Shown here piece after piece: positions 63,501 to 64,000 of a DNA stretch of 64,000 nt. Source of the DNA: Anaeramoeba ignava BMAN (lineage: Eukaryota; Protista; Anaeramoebae); the NCBI GenBank assembly GCA_028826165.1, contig JAPDFW010000011.1, positions 372,001 through 436,000 of the forward strand. Direction: 5' to 3'. The position numbers and the translations under genes were made by a program. The stretch's first letter is position 1; each line of letters opens with the position of its first letter. The notes beneath the pieces are model-generated. The model had not been told where the DNA came from. It was given only the letters and a program-made list of their open reading frames with translations, and did no database searches.

Positions 63501-64000
63501 ATGCAGTGAAATCAATATATTTTTCTCGATAATATCGATATTTGAAGAAAGTTCTTTTTTGCGGATAAATTTGATGCATAATTTATTATAAAGTGAAAGA
63601 AACGCTCTTTGTTGACCACTTTTACTTGATGATAATGCTTGATTCAAAAAGGAAAATATTTTCGTTGTTGGTGAATGAACAAGTAATTGGACAATAGACT
63701 GATGAGCGCTATCCGCTATTCTTTGGATTGAAGATATTGTTCTTTTGAGCAAAGTGTTGAATATCCATTCAAAAATTGCTGAAAATCCAGCCTCAATTTT
63801 TCGTGATATATTCACTATTAAATAACATGTATGTTTAAATAATGCTGATCTTTCGCTTTCAATTAAATCACAAAATGTTGTTTTCATAATGTTCAATGAT
63901 TCCATAAATGTTTGTAAATATAAAGTTGTTGCATTTCCATTTGTTATTCCTTGAAGTTTGAAAATGGAATTTTTTTGTGTTTCCCAGTCTTTTGATTGAA
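60501..64000 (-). CDS. CLASP: CLASP-like TOG/HEAT microtubule-associated protein, 5'-truncated by the window end
   Basis: The frame is open to the window edge (QSKDWETQKNSIFKLQGI). CLASP_N-like DLIESERSAL and LHDAKEITRSEG, further HEAT regions, basic S/T/K linkers and a C-terminal helical domain. Confidence 0.75.
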   Translation of the reverse strand, partial: QSKDWETQKNSIFKLQGITNGNATTLYLQTFMESLNIMKTTFCDLIESERSALFKHTCYLIVNISRKIEAGFSAIFEWIFNTLLKRTISSIQRIADSAHQSIVQLLVHSPTTKIFSFLNQALSSSKSGQQRAFLSLYNKLCIKFIRKKELSSNIDIIEKNILISLHDAKEITRSEGKESYWEYFKRFPERAKFIYLKEDKKTQMSIISYKHPANNLDNKNFLMIEDEFSPPKPKIQARYSSKKISPLSITNQKSKSNQKSNQKSNQKSNQKSNQKSNQNLKSNQNLKLKKTGITQQKLRAPKVKTVDLLKKHDELDEIDFSSPSKVPIRKSTRTQSTSKYESSKKVRQKITVLVPQSTLQSEISSLNLHPRNQDNNEFTNAILALSSLNLSTNYSGLEKLFDISTQESRYELMDKKLFKKAFTSVIRFLNDQHLKLKFIALKVLKELIDNYTTNFEQYLNATFINIIPLLNDSNKKIKNISQEIVDLIRSCFGSAVLVPCLMEILDSIRDNLKKHLFKLMVIIFTEDTDNFLSEEANTKEMFNKLFPYFSHQRIEIKKYSHHLLRVLKEKNEDELMKQVNMQISSSKNFLLSIINLDPSIYDQNSDVSQAKTNKHILNVSKSPTKSIKDIRKVQSQKKVLRKANTVANFKSNQQVRKRIVSEKKKLISTKSESTKQAQNKRVLIKKNSTRTIPTKTTSTKTTQNKTTPNKSKTNKATTNKKTTNKAIKKTTNKAIKKTPNKTKPIKKTPIKKANNKNDNENENENENDNENENENDNENENENDNENDNENENENENENENDNENENENENDNENENENDNDNDNENENDNDNDNENENEFNDDEFNDDDFFNDLDFESVDNDEFIDDENQNEKEKEKENQNQNENQNENQNQNQNQNENNQNQIEKENNQIENQNENNQIEKENNQNENQNNQNEIDESKLKTTIQALLNSLSNPQQRNQSLQTLLSFSEANVEQVWKQHFILIITRLIDYFIQQSTDDQNDILKLFQKIVIQQKEYFYQNTEKIISHFFNSCQKSNDEKNKNHERLLKIMRSSLDSQAVVEALTPYLQNENSKMFTLGINFLIPFIKHTPKKKLLKLLDKILPPLQTKIRSSLTSSQIRKIVIDTLAEIFLVVGEDLLIKRLSPSLRSAHITMIQRRMEARKK

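Noticed and set aside
1-64000. Inteins, tRNA/rRNA genes, alternative genetic code
   Set aside because: No Hint or LAGLIDADG motifs or structured-RNA signatures were seen by eye, and TAA, TAG and TGA all end genes at expected positions.

Overview
Very AT-rich, intron-containing eukaryotic DNA in the standard genetic code. The gene content and composition (expanded RCC1-BTB and ankyrin-BTB genes, NQ/NE homopolymers, TCATTTT start motifs, a prokaryote-type radical SAM gene) suggest an anaerobic protist such as Anaeramoeba; this is inference only. About 20 host genes are present: a DUF1152-like protein, a GPR137-like 7TM protein, a GH18 glycosidase, an LRMDA-like LRR protein, a PflX-like radical SAM protein, six tandem RCC1-BTB paralogues, a double-actin protein, SPATA20, a PAS-like protein, PSMB3, an eIF3j-like protein, an ankyrin protein, GNPTAB, an ankyrin-BTB protein, EPG5 and CLASP. 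A complete Mutator (MULE) transposon sits inside a 4.2-kb intron. The main discovery is largely missed by the ORF track: a roughly 27-exon ankyrin-BTB gene at 45952-50055. It has one phase-0 exon per ankyrin repeat, and the variable beta-hairpin residues between repeats are encoded by separate single-codon (3-nt) micro-exons. The second highlight is a gene that splices two complete actin folds into one polypeptide. Many ORFs carry single extra bases in homopolymers, probably from assembly error. All family assignments come from motif recognition; no searches were run.
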